Origin: Tubiluchus corallicola
Taxonomy: Eukaryota; Animalia; Priapulida
Length of the DNA stretch: 64,000 nucleotides
Reading direction: 5' to 3'
Assembly: GCA_030141605.1 (NCBI GenBank)
Contig: JAQGDQ010000370.1
Coordinates: 62,001 to 126,000, forward strand
Shown: positions 40,601 through 64,000 of the stretch, piece after piece
Numbering within the stretch: the first letter of the stretch is position 1
How the letters are laid out: every line of letters begins with the position of its first letter
Made by a program: the position numbers and the translations under genes
The notes under the pieces: generated by a model
Seen by the model: only the letters and a program-made list of their open reading frames with translations
Told to the model about the DNA's origin: nothing
Databases searched by the model: none

Positions 40601-43600
40601 TTCTAGAAACTACATAGATCCCACTTCTGACACCATGATTTATGTTGATGTACCTGGATTTCTATCTAGTAGAAATAACGAAATACAGTAAACTATTATG
40701 CGTGTTGCCGAACTACTTTATTCACAATGAGTTCTGACGCATTAATACATAACATAAATAATATTATTTAGAGGTTGATTAAAGTTATTTCAAAACAAGT
40801 GCAATGCTAATCAGGAGTTATTACGCTTCGTACAGGTAACGCTACCCACATACAGCTGGCTCGGGCTCACGGCGCCACCATCGTTGACGAGTGTCCTGTT
40901 ACTCGACTAGAGACGCTAAACAATGGCGAGGTCAAGGTATGTACGTTAAATTGTGCACCATCGCTTTTGCCCTGCTAATCGTTTCTTTTCAATTTTGATA
41001 AGAGAAAATGTGGTCCCGAGTGTATACCTAGTGTTTGTGCAGCCTCGATGAGCGTCTTCATATCGCTGTTGTATCGTGAGCATAAATTTAAATGTCGTAT
41101 CCCGAGTTTTGATTTTAATTTAAACTTAAATCTTACAAACCCACACTGAATTAATGTCATGATTTATGACTTCGGTCATTCTTGTAAAAAATACTATTTT
41201 CTCTTTCAGTATGTTATAAGGTAGATTGTTTTGAGCTATGGTTAATAATCAATTGTTGTGGAGATCGCTGGCATCTATTAGAATTAAATAGACTGTTAGA
41301 ATAATCGTCTTACCTTGTAGAATGTTCTGGAAGAAACTTCTAGAAACTTCTTGGGCACCCTATATAAGGTGAAGCAGGCTGCTGAGACACACACGCAGAT
41401 TCACACGGACGCCACTTACACATTCTCTTTTATACTTGTATTTTCAGATACACTCAAACATTTTCCAGATTTTCACGTTTAGTGTAATCATTTCGTGTTC
41501 CTTCATACTTTTGTGTTGTAGAATTCTCGCTTAATAAACTAATTTAATTTTGATGAAGTGTTTTCTGGTTTTCTCTACGAGCCTTCCGAGAGAAACAAAA
41601 CACCACATCAATATTAGTTTATTAAATATTTATTAAGTTTTTATATATTTATGTACTCACAGGTTCACACATGCAAAGGAACATTCCAGTGCAGGAAAGT
41701 CGTCATCGCTTCCGGTGCGTGGACCAATCACGTGCTGGGAACGCTTGGCGTACACATACCAATGTACGTAACTCAGGAACAAGTGACTTACTATGCCACG
41801 CCGAATATAAAAGAATTTTGCAAAGACAGGTACGTCCAGGTGTCGTCAGGCTTCCGTGTTAGAAGGTCGTATTGTTATAGGTGTTTGGAGTGATGTGTGC
41901 TATATAATCTGTAGCGGATAGCCCTATAGGCTGAAGCCTAAGGCCCGGGATCAAAAGGGGCCCGGCAAAATAAAACGAAAAAAAAAATTTTTTTTGGAAA
42001 AAAAAATAAATTGACAAAAGAGCAAGGGGCCCGCCAAAACAAAATATAGAAAAAAGTTTTTTTTCAAAAGTCCTATATAGTCATATAGTCCTATTCCACA
42101 ACTCAAGGATCAAGAAGATATAATTTTTATCACAATCGGTGGGCAAAAACTCACAAAATTAAACAAACTTACAAACGACGAGAGCTCCACAAAAACACGT
42201 CAGCTCAGCAGTGTAGCAACATTTAAAAGGCCCGTTCCAAGCTCAAGCCTAAGGCCCATAAAATCATAATCCGCCACTGTATATAATAATAATCAATCTT
42301 TTTTATTTATCTTGCAACACACGCACAGTTATAATACAATTAATTTGGAAACAAAAATGTGAAGAAAGGGCAGCGAAAAACCAATTGGTCATCTAGTCAG
42401 CTGCCCTTTGGTTAGTCATGAACATTTTTATAAGCGCCATGCTACAATGTATTAGTGTTAGTACTGCTTATAATAAAAATTTGTTACGAATGACATTAAA
42501 TTGATATGCTTATGACATGTTAATACAATTCATACGCAGTAATAATAAGTGCATAATAAAAAATATCAAACAAGAACTGAAATAAAAATCTGACAATGGA
42601 AACATAAGAACAATGGCATCTGAAATATAATTCATAAGCTATAGTGGTTAATAGTATGCTTACCAACTAAAGTTTTTAACACAGAGCCAGGAACCTTTTA
42701 TTTTTTGAATTACAAATTCAATGCGGTGCCAGAAGACCACTCAGCCCCTTTTGACTATGGAAGATTTTAATTCAAATCTTACAAAATAAAGACACATCAC
42801 AGAGAGAAATAGTCTACGGATCGTTACCGCTTCAGTGTGTATTCATCAAGTTAATCATATACATTAATTCCGGTGGTATATGTATATTAGGGGTGAGCAT
42901 CGAACGCTCAAATTCGATTCGAATGAATTTTTTTAGTTCGAACTCGATTCAAATCCAAAACCACAGATTCGAATAATTCAGCACTTCAATTACATATGTT
43001 CTTTATCACTAAAACAATTGAAACATCATGCAATTAGCATGATTTAGCAGTGGTTTCTGTACACAATTTTAAACAAATTACTGGTAGTTTTATTGCAGAA
43101 CAAAATCTAGTCTTATGCATGATCTTTCAATGCGAATTCGAAACACTAGAGTTCGATTCGGTTCAAACTCGAAAGTCACAAATTCGGTTCGATTCGAATT
43201 CGCTTTCTGGTAGAGAATGCTCACGTATATATCTATATATATATATATATCTATAGATGTGTATGTGTATTTCTTTAAATCAAAGCTCGCTATAAGATCT
43301 TTTACAACACGAGAATACACTGCAGCACTGGTGTTAAAATTGACAGCCATAAAGGCGGTGTGGTATATATGATATTACAGGTTTCCCGTGTTCATCTGCC
43401 GCGGCGATAAGGACTTTTACGGCATGGGAATACACTGCAACACTGGTTTTAAGATTGGCATCCACGAAGGAGGACCGGTGGTCACTGCGCACACGAGGAA
43501 TTATGAGCCGTGTAAAGTGAGGGAGGAAATATGTACAGACTTCATACGCAAATACATGCCAAAGGTAAAGAAGAAGCTTGTTGCTTGAAACCTGCAAACA

Positions 43601-46039
43601 AATGAATTGTTTGGTTTCTATGGTAACAAACAAACAAAGGCATCAAGTACTGCTTAGTATAATATTTTATTGTTCGTGCACCGTCATCACAGCACGTGCC
43701 CTGTGAAAGTTATGTTTGAAGTTGTTGTTCACTCACTTTGTTATGATTGAATTTAGGCACAGAAGTATGAACAAGAATAAAAAATCTATAATACATATTT
43801 GCACTGCACACAACAGAAAAGTGTTTATTAAAACTGCAGAAACATGAGTAGCACAACTGCTGCACTGAACACTGAGAGTGAGAGTCTCCTGCACTGAACA
43901 CTGAGAGTGAGAGTGTCCTGCACTGAGCACTGAGAGTGAGAGAGTCCTGCACTGAGCACTGAGAGTGAGAGAGTCTCCTGCACTGAACACTGAGAGTGAG
44001 AGTGTCCTGCACTGAACACTGAGAGTGAGAGTGTCCTGCACTGAACACTGAGCGTTAGAGTGTCCTGCACTGAACACTGAGAGTTAGAGTGTCCTGCACT
44101 GAACACTGAGAGTTAGAGTGTCCTGCACTAAACACTGAGAGTGAGAGAGTCCTGCACTGAACACTGAGAGTGAGAGTGTCCTGCACTGAACACTGAGAGT
44201 TAGAGTGTCCTGCACTGAACACTGAGAGTTAGAGTGTCCTGCACTAAACACTGAGAGTGAGAGTGAGAGACTGCTGCACTAAACACTGAGAGTGAGAGTG
44301 TCCTGCACTGAACACTGAGAGTGAGAGTGAGAGACTGCTGCACTAAACACTGAGAGTTAGAGTGTCCTGCACTGAACACTGAGAGTTAGAGTGTCCTGCA
44401 CTAAACACTGAGAGTGAGAGTGAGAGACTGCTGCACTAAACACTGAGAGTTAGAGTGTCCTGCACTGAACACTGAGAGTGAGAGTCTCCTGTACTGAACA
44501 ATGAGAGTGAGAGTGAGAGTCTGCTGCACTGAACACTGAGTGTGAGAGAATGACTAGAAAGCAAAAACAGTCAGTATATATAGGTATAGGTGACCTATGC
44601 AGACTTGCACAGGCTTCACCACAACCATTACTTTAAAATAGGGAGAGGACCAGTGAATATGCATTCAGTGGACCGTACAATTATACTGAGGGTAAGTCAG
44701 CTGGTAGAATGTAACAGGATTAGCCCATAGATGGCAGCACCTAATCATAATGTACAAGTCCAACTTCCTCATGCCCCTTCGTCATTTTATTTCATATTTG
44801 ACATGCATTGAGACTCAATTTCCCAAAATTATACATTTTATCTGGAATGAAATGCAAATTATTTTAATACACTAATTGATTTCTTATCAAAATGTCAATT
44901 ACCATTAGGTGAAATTAATCCTAAACTTTCAGTGAGTAACTAATTAAAATTAAACAAAATATACAAACATCGTTGGCATCAAATCGCGAGTTACACAGAA
45001 AATTTGTCAACACGTCGTCACTGCTTTGAACACATTGAAACTTGAATGACAGATATTTAAAACTAGGTTGCTAATAGCTTTTGCTTTAAAGAACATGGAT
45101 AGCTGATATCATGCTGTTGTTTAGTTTGCCTCACAAATGCAAGTCTCCCTTTCGAACTATGAGCTCTCGTGTTGCTGCCACAGTATGCAGCCATGCTGCT
45201 TTCCATTAATTAACGAACTAAGCTGCACTTTCGCAAAATCACTCTAGGTTGTGTTCTATTGCTATTGATTTTTTGTAGGCTGAAGGTCCAATATTGTTCA
45301 CAAAGACTTGTCTGTATGCTGTAACTCCAGACAAAGATTTCCTGATCGATACACTGTCTTCAGCAGGATTGCCTCAGGTTGCCGTAGTTCTTGGTGCCGG
45401 CCACGCATACAAGTAAGCCAAGATTTGCATCACTAGTTTACTTTCTACTACTTGTAATTAAATAGTTTGTTTCCCTACATATATCCTCTTACTGTCTATG
45501 TCAATAATTGTCTATGAGTTGTGATGGAGGCACAGAAAGCACGAATCGTAAGTTTTGTCTGCACGAATCGTATATTTCTTGAAAAACAAGTGAACGTTAG
45601 AGCACTTGGCGAGTCTGCGGCTCTGCAGGCACCTGTTTTAACTTCGTTTTTATTTAAAACGTAAAATACAAAGATGATAAAGCAATGGATTTTGTAAATA
45701 CGGTAGTTATTAGTTGTATTTTTAAAAAATTTGTTCGCATGATTGTGTCTTCGGCTATCTGTTGATTATTGTTTACCGCTCTAAGCGCTGCTAGCGCCAT
45801 CTATCCACTAAAAATACAAACTCAAACAGCACCCGTTTTTGTCTTGTAAATGGCTTCGTCACTCTTAAACGTGCTTCCGTTTTAGGTTCGCTTCCCTGCT
45901 GGGCAAAATCCTCAGCGAGCTGATGGTGGATGGGAGGACAAAGTACGACATATCCGGATTCAAGTTTAACAGAGAAGCGCTACAGAATCCAAGTAACAGA
46001 TCAGCAGGGCTTGCGCACAAAGCGGCTTCAAAACTTTAG
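31689..46039 (+). CDS. Monomeric sarcosine oxidase / N-methyltryptophan oxidase / PIPOX-family FAD oxidase with PTS1, 10 exons: join(31689..31782,33359..33428,35804..35860,38093..38227,39596..39708,40836..40936,41663..41829,43381..43564,45279..45412,45886..46039), 402 aa
   Basis: GT..AG introns in consistent phase; total 1209 nt. FAD-binding VIVIGCGGIGSG, EQFKLGHDHGGSQDFSRIIR, flavinylation-type KTCLYA.TPD..F.ID and GHAYKFASLLG. Ends -ASKL*. Confidence 0.92.
32862..33301 (-). mobile_element. hAT-type MITE family A copy
   Basis: Same TIR; 8-bp TSD GGCTACAG. Confidence 0.93.
33480..33865. repeat. Degenerate tandem repeat (~75-95-bp units)
   Basis: Recurring GTTTATATTT.AAACGTGGAAGTGTTTCCATGTGTGCGTAATGCGTAATCCATAA. 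Confidence 0.85.
33793..34459 (+). repeat. Arm 1 of ~670-bp inverted duplication (partner 37331-38005)
   Basis: Near-identical reverse complement of 37331-38005. Confidence 0.93.
34457..34936 (-). mobile_element. Tc1/mariner-type MITE, same family as 28609-29065
   Basis: Reverse complement aligns to 28609-29065. Confidence 0.85.
35146..35645 (+). mobile_element. hAT-type MITE family A copy
   Basis: Same TIR; 8-bp TSD GCGTACAG. Confidence 0.93.
36747..36915. repeat. Perfect 65-bp inverted repeat with 39-nt loop
   Basis: Arms 36747-36811 and 36851-36915; the loop is a direct copy of part of the left arm. Confidence 0.92.
37331..38005 (-). repeat. Arm 2 of ~670-bp inverted duplication
   Basis: Near-identical reverse complement of 33793-34459. 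Confidence 0.93.
38291..38874. repeat. Tandem repeat, 6 x 96-98 bp
   Basis: Units start at 38291, 38389, 38487, 38585, 38681, 38779. Confidence 0.95.
40244..40754 (-). mobile_element. TRIM (terminal-repeat retrotransposon in miniature), complete, 511 bp, in oxidase intron 5
   Basis: Two 119-bp LTRs (40636-40754, 40244-40362; TG..CA; 7 mismatches). PBS TGGTGTCAGAAGTGGGAT (40618-40635, tRNA-Leu-type), PPT AAAAGAAAGGAGA (40363-40375), 5-bp TSD TAAAT. Confidence 0.92.
41254..41607 (+). mobile_element. Solo LTR
   Basis: TGTTGT...CACA termini, 5-bp TSD TCAAT, TATATAA at 41361, AATAAA at ~41534. Confidence 0.88.
41909..42279. mobile_element. hAT-type MITE (family C)
   Basis: TIR CTGTAGCGGAT / ATCCGCCACTG; perfect 8-bp TSD TATATAAT. 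Confidence 0.85.
42888..43230 (+). mobile_element. hAT-like MITE with TTCGAA subterminal repeats
   Basis: TAGGGGTGAGCAT...ATGCTCACGTA termini; homologous to 3998-4387. Confidence 0.72.
43858..44548. repeat. Minisatellite, ~29-bp unit CCTGCACTGAACACTGAGAGTGAGAGTGT with 31/35-bp variants
   Basis: Read directly; more than 20 copies. Confidence 0.95.
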
Positions 46040-46077
46040 TTTTGTCTTTTCATAATACTAGACTTAATGTAGTATGT

Positions 46078-46799
46078 CAGGGATGTGCAAATTATCTGAC
46101 TAGCCGGGCCACTTTAAACTTTCCCGCAATTCCTGCGGGCCACATGCAGTTTGATCAAGGAGCCAAGTACAGTAGGGCCTAACAACGATTTTTTTCATGC
46201 GACCTGCGTACATCATTAATACTACACTCAAGGAACTATTTTAGAAGTTATTAAAATTTATATTAAAAACCATATATTTCATTATGTCCGACAGTGACAT
46301 TAAGTGACAACAGTCTTGTAAGGGTTAATGCCATCCGACCTAGAGGAAAAAACTACCCGCACTATCTTTGCGATATTGGCGCAGACTTCAGCTGGATCGC
46401 GTGGGCCGCACTTTCATTACGTTGACAAACCTCTTTTTTTGCATCCGACCTGCGTACATCATTACTACTACACTCAAGAAACTATTTTAGAAGTTATTAA
46501 AATTTATATTACAAACCATATATTTCTACTTTCAGCACAGATAGTGGTAATTTCGTTACAATACATATTAGTAATGTATATCACACAGTCTGTGTAGTAC
46601 AGTGACATTAAGCTACAACCGTCTTGTAAGGGTTAATGTTATCCGATCTAGTAGAAAAAACTACCCGCACTATCTTTGGGATCGTGGCACAGACTTCAGC
46701 TGGATACACTCAATCCATCGTCTGGGCCGCACTTTCATTAGGTTGACAAATCTCTTCGCGCACAAATTCTCTCGGCAGGCCGCAATTTGCACACCCCTG
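46078..46799 (+). mobile_element. hAT-type MITE family A copy with internal partial duplication, 38 bp after the oxidase stop codon
   Basis: Same TIR; 8-bp TSD TAGTATGT; internal segment present twice (diverged 46190-46432, then 46435 onward). Confidence 0.9.
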
Positions 46800-47339
46800 T
46801 AGTATGTGATCATTATGAGTAAATTTGATTCTAAAAATATGACATATTTTGTGCACTTGCAGTGAAAATGTGAAGCTCTCGGTCAAGTTGACCATGCCAA
46901 TCGATTAAATGTCGTGTTTAAACAATGATTTCAAACCCTGATTGTGACGAGCCTATTACCTCGTTTGATAGTGGATGCATTAGCATCAAAACTATGTTAT
47001 AATATGCATGCATTCATAAAAATAAAAGCTTTACGTGACAAAGTAATAAATATTTGAGTTCCATCATTTTGATTTGCAAAAAGTCAACATTAATCGACCA
47101 AAATGTAGATTTTACTTTTCATTGATTTCATAATTGATTAAAAAAGATGCAGAGGTTTCATATCATCATCAACAAATCAAAAAAATTATGCAGTGATTTG
47201 CAAAATCAATCGCGTTTAAAAAGATACAGAAGTTTTACATCATCAGCAGTGATTTTTTTATATGGTGGATAAATGTCGGAAAAATTATTTTCTCGCTATT
47301 GTTAAAATTTGCATAGCAAGTGTGTTTTTTTATAAACTT

Positions 47340-48300
47340 ATTTATTTTCCATCACCTTTCATATACAGAACAAAACTGATTAACATACCTTAGGAATTAG
47401 TAAGTATTCCATTAGAAAATTGAGACATTTATAATTAGATATAGATGCCTGTTTTAATAATGACAGTACGTCAAATGCAAAAGGTTAAATTTACGTTTAC
47501 TGAATCGGCTTGAAGCTTTTATAAATTCCTGCATTAAATCAAAAATAGTTTTATTTTGGTCAAGATTGAAAAGTGAGTTGCCATGTAATAAAGTGTGGAT
47601 CTTAGTTTCGATGTTTAATTTGCTAATATTAACTGGGAGAAAATTTGAATCGTACAGGTTAAATAAACTTCGCACAAGCGCCTCCCCATTTCCTGGCGTG
47701 CAAAGGACATTCCAACAGATAGTCCTTAATGTGTTCATAATGATAGTTGCACATATAATTAATGTTCGCCCTTCGAATTGAAGATGACCATGACCTGTCA
47801 TTACGACTTGTGCGTGACTTGGTTTAAAGTGAAGGAGGGATTGCACCAGGTTGCCCGCCTCACTCTCTCCGGGCCGAGCCAGTACATCTGGTACTTCAGG
47901 CGACGCAGGAGTTGTCGGAATCATGGTGCTATGCAACATGACCCGCCTATAGGGAGTCCAGCTCCGGATTTTTCCTTGGAGTTTACTCCCGAAGCCTTTC
48001 TCGCGGAGGGCATAGTCACAAGGCGGTGGAGGTTTGTGATCAGTGTTTTCCTTTATCTAGATGGATTGCCGGCCATTAGCCCCCTCTATCCCTACATATA
48101 ATTACTACTGCTAACGGGAGCGGTATAACAAGATTCGACTATATAAGTAAAGAATTTTTTTTGTAACTTTTTTTACTAACTGACTGCAATGTCTCCAAAA
48201 GTTCCTTTATTACTGAATATTAGTATCACAGTTTGTGGTATTTCATTTTCACGTTATCAAGTCTGCATTTAACAAATAAATATCAAACAGAAATGCAATT
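47340..48300 (-). mobile_element. LINE ORF2 C-terminal fragment interrupted by the RTE-derived insert
   Basis: LLHGNSLFNLDQNKTIFDLMQEFIKASSRF terminal motif; boundaries approximate. Confidence 0.65.
47763..48090 (-). mobile_element. Second bipartite RTE-derived non-autonomous element, nested in a LINE fragment
   Basis: RTE 5'-region motif GAAAGGCTTCGGGAGTAAACTCC..GGAAAAATCCGGAGCTGGACTCCCT is joined to a BovB-like 3' end ATGGTCATCTTC..CGAAGGGCGAAC with no ORF between. 5' boundary approximate. Confidence 0.65.
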
Positions 48301-49289
48301 GTGTTTTTTTATGATTTTTATTATTTTTAGCCGCATGTGGGCACTGATAGAAACTGTGTGAAGATGTCCGACGGTTAATATTAAAGTTAACCAAAAAAAT
48401 AATAGTACAAAATTACACGCGACTCTTGCGCCTCTCTCTGCCGTCGACGCTGCAGCATTTGCGAAACCGACGACGCGCAGAAAGAGGCTACAGTCTGATT
48501 GCCAATAGGCATTCCTAGAAAAGTAGACTGCACAGCGCTGGCATTACGAGATCGTGCTGAACAGTCGGTCGAAAAGCAGCCGACAAGCAGATGTAAAATT
48601 TCGAGTGCTGGTGGATGCAGAACGCGCACAGACATGTTTAGCACGTCGCAATGCCAGCCCGGAGCAGACACAAGTACCACCGAGGGGTAGGTAACGATGT
48701 TATTTATTTATAAGATCTTAGATTTATGCATAAACAGCGGTTTGTACGAACTCCGCCACACCGCAAGTCAGCTGACAAGAAAAAGACGTACCATTTGAGT
48801 ACTAGAACACATTGCAGCTCTCAAAACTGAAACAATACTGCAATTACTTCATTAAGTGGTGATATAAATACAGTGTGCCATCTGTAAACTGCGTTCATAT
48901 AAAATGGTCACTACACATTGCATTTTTGGCTTTAGAGAAAACTTTACATATAGATAGGGCAGTAAACATTGCATTTTTGCATTCAGGTTTAAAAAATTTT
49001 CCGCCTGCCCGTCTCTCTGTTCTTCTTGCCAGCTGATAACGGGTTTCCACTAAATTACTCTCTGAGTATGCTAGCTGTTTACATGTTTACAAGTTGTTTT
49101 GAAACTGCGAGTGCCGCTACGCACCGCGTTAGGTGTGCGGCTTAGGCCGCAACGTCCGCACGGAAACGATGATGGCGTTGCTCCCGTGCGGTGTGAAACG
49201 ATGAAAGTTTTCACCGCATTTCTGATGATGTACGTAAATTGACAGTGAAAGTGCAGTCAGGCGTAGAGCGTAACAGATATAAATTGCCT

Positions 49290-49690
49290 CCCGCACAGCG
49301 CAAGCAGGTGACCGCTGCACACGCTGCACATATGCACGCAGAGCGCAAGCAGGTGACAACTGCACACACTGCATGTATCCCGCACAGCGCAAGCAGGTGA
49401 CCACTGCACATGCTGCACGTATCCCGCACAGCGCAAGCAGGCGACCACTGCACACGCTGCACGTATGCACGCACAGTGCAAGCAGGTGACCACTGCACAC
49501 ACTGCACGTATCCCGCACAGCGCAAGCAGGTGACCACTGCACACACTGCACGTATACCGCACCGCGCAAGCAGGTGACCACTGCACACGCTGCACATATC
49601 CCGCACAGCGCCAGCAGGTGTCCACTGCACACGCTGTACGTATGCACGCACAGCGCAAGCAGGTGACCACTGCACACGCTGTACGTATGC
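49290..49690. repeat. Minisatellite, 44/46-bp unit (GCACAGCGCAAGCAGGTGACCACTGCACAC...), ~9 copies
   Basis: Read directly. Confidence 0.93.
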
Positions 49691-51015
49691 AAACTATAGA
49701 TGTTCCACTCGCGCGACTGAAAGCTTTCACGATGCAAGATTTGGTCGAGGTGCAGCTAAAACCGAGTGCATAGCTGCTGTCCCCTGCCGCCCGTAGAAAT
49801 TCCCCCGTCGGAATACGGCCAAAGTACAGTACAAGCTCAAAACAATTCTACTACGAGTAGTAAGGAGCACACTTTCCTAAACCAGTGAAACAGGTCAAAT
49901 GTACTGCGAGCATAGAACTTCAACAATACTGGTACTGCAAACGCATTTTCTTAAACAAAGTAGCAAACATGTGCTTTTCTAAACCACGCAATCGTTTTCA
50001 CTGGGCTAAGTGAGTACACATCCTCACTACTCCTACAGTGCTTACACATAATACATATACGAGTGATAAAGGACACACAATTCATGCAGACCGAGGAGAA
50101 ATAGTTCTGAGTATATACAAGTAAATAAGACCCCCAAAAATACGACTCTAAAAAACTCGTGCGCGAGTTAAAGATAATCAAGTACCAAACTACAACAGCA
50201 ATAATAATAATCATCATCATAGTTACATTTAACTAACGGGTACAAAAATATTACGGTACTCAAAGAGGACAAAACTTATTCGAGTTGCAAAACTAAGAAA
50301 AACTTAAACGGCGTTTAAGCTCACGTACGCATAAAGTGAAGAATAATTCATTAAACACACTTTCAGATTTAAACAAGAATTAATGTCCAAACGGCAACAA
50401 CAAGTCTAGTCTAGTTTTGCAATCAATTTGCTGGAGTGAGACCATTAGAGCGTAACAGCATGGCAATAAGGTCTACATACACTACTGTCTCATAGATTAA
50501 CTTGTCACATATCGATAAGCAAAAAAAAAAAACATACACTATTAACAAAGTTATTAAAACAAAGTAAAATTAACGAGAAAACTAGAAATTGTGCAAAAGA
50601 AGAACCGAACGAACGATTAACAAAAGAAGAACCGAACGAATGATTAACAAAAATGCAACAGAATAAAAAAAACGCGAAGAACGTGAATAAAGAAACTAAG
50701 TTTAAAAGTCTTTGGCATAAATGTTCGTCAATAAGCAAGCGCACTCTCTGGCACATAATAAACAAGTGGCTGTCGGAGGCAATTAAAAATCTCTCGATGC
50801 CAGTAAGCAAATCACAAAATGAAATGACGGTATCAACACTGGAGGAATCAGTCTAATGAAAAACACCATCTCTACCACGGCAAATCTATCCGGACCAGAA
50901 AATCGAGCAAATATGTGTGTAACCCAGAACTAGGCGGTCGGCCGGTCAAAACACAAACGCAACAAAAAACAGAGCTGTTTCCCCAAGGTCTGTCATAATC
51001 TCACGGCTAATGAGC

Positions 51016-60283
<9,268 letters not shown>

Positions 60284-60485
60284 CTGGAAGAAAATAACAT
60301 GCAAAATTACGTAAACTTGTATAGTATGGTATAGTGCGAAGCCCTACGAAGCCATTGCATACTGGCAGTTATAAGCAGGCCTATACCCCATGGAATACTC
60401 TCGTCAGTTCAACAGGTGTGCAGCAAGCGTGTTTGACGTCTCAGCACCTGCTCCGCAAATACAATCAGCACGCAGCACATAACTG

Positions 60486-61064
60486 CAGGGTGCATAAGAT
60501 TATGGATATGTATAAAATAAATAAAATAGCTTATTTTATGGATTTTTGAAATTTTATTTTATGGATATCAATAAAATAAGAAATAGACTATATCTGGAAC
60601 GAGATGCCCAGGAAGAAATCAATTAAAAAGTAAAAACAGGAGTGCTTGAAACGTGTTTTTAAACACACAGGACTTAGTTTTAATTTTATCTGTTTCGTTT
60701 TAATTTTATCGGTTTCATATCACTTCAAATTTAATCAAATTTTACGAGACAATGGCTGGGTTTCTCTCAGTTATTTTCAGACCGAACTCCAGCTCAAGCT
60801 TTGGTTGAAACTTCGCCATCTTGATAACAAAAAGACAATGAGAAAAAAAAACAATGTAAAATAGCAAATCCGGAAATGTGCTTTTGTTGGTTTGTTTTCT
60901 TTCTCTTTCTCTCCTTCTAACGTTCGTTTTCAGTGTTGCCAATGCTTACAACTCATCACTTTGTACAAAAAATCACAAAAGAAAATATTTTTTTATTTTA
61001 TGCATTTCTTATTTTATGGATTTTTGGTCTTATTTTATGGATATCCATAATCTTATGCAGCCTG
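60486..61064. mobile_element. hAT-like MITE
   Basis: TIR CAGGGTGCATAAGATTATGGATAT / ATATCCATAATCTTATGCAGCCTG; subterminal TATTTTATGGAT repeats; TSD imperfect. Confidence 0.78.
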
Positions 61065-61655
61065 CACATAAGACAGCATTTTGGCAATCTTTTGATGCAA
61101 TTTCTGTCGCAATGAACCGAATGAGGACACGGGAAGAATCAGCACCATCCACTTTCATTGCAATATGGCATTTACTAGTATCTGCATACATGTAAGCACA
61201 CATTTTTTGAAATAAAAATACTTAATATTGAAAATTGATTGAATATTAAATATAAAAAAACTGATCGAACTAAACACTACATACTTGCTTATAAGTTTGA
61301 GTCAATTACTGAATTTAACAATTGGCCATGCAGGCGTAACTACTCAATATCAATGAAATAGCACTGATGCTAATGTACCATATTTTAGTACGTAACAAAT
61401 ACTTAAGTATCTACCTACTGAGACAAAAATTAATAATAAAACTACACCAACAAAACTCTAGGAATGCTTCAAATCACGTCTTACGAAAGTGTATTTTGTC
61501 ATTTCTATGTTGGGATAAAGCTTGTTGGAGAGAATAGAGTAATGAGTGTCAGCTCGCACTTACTGTCAGAAAGTAACTTGTAGCAAGTTTTGCTCTCTAG
61601 TATGAATGTGCTTGCGAGTTACTTGGTGAATTTATTCAGCAAGTAACATGTTTTT

Positions 61656-64000
<2,345 letters not shown>

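Noticed and set aside
43710-49737. Cys-rich repetitive ORFs and CRISPR-like appearance of arrays at 38291, 43858, 49290, 51287, 55995
   Set aside because: Head-to-tail minisatellites without unique spacers or cas genes, in a eukaryotic genome.

Overview
AT-rich, intron-rich animal (invertebrate, probably protostome) genomic DNA, not prokaryotic. I reconstructed four spliced protein-coding genes by hand from GT-AG junctions with consistent phases. They are SDHB (minus, 7 exons, 272 aa), PSMD3/Rpn3 head-to-head with it (plus, only 2 coding exons, ~504 aa), a peroxisomal (C-terminal SKL) monomeric sarcosine/pipecolate oxidase-family flavoprotein (plus, 10 exons, 402 aa) and a Y-box cold-shock-domain protein (minus, 8 exons seen, exon 1 beyond the window). 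Introns and UTRs are packed with mobile DNA: a near-intact CR1/L2-group LINE with a PHD-APE-RT ORF2, several hAT and Tc1/mariner MITE families with verifiable TSDs, two solo LTRs, a complete 511-bp TRIM, a MetaSINE-like tRNA SINE, and many micro- and minisatellites. The most interesting items are small RTE-mobilised non-autonomous retroelements. One begins almost exactly at the cleavage site of a twister ribozyme; another is a 5S rRNA-headed SINE with a bipartite RTE body and a ~113-bp target duplication. A ~670-bp inverted duplication also brackets an in-frame-skippable exon of the oxidase. All family assignments come from motif recognition only; no database searches were run.
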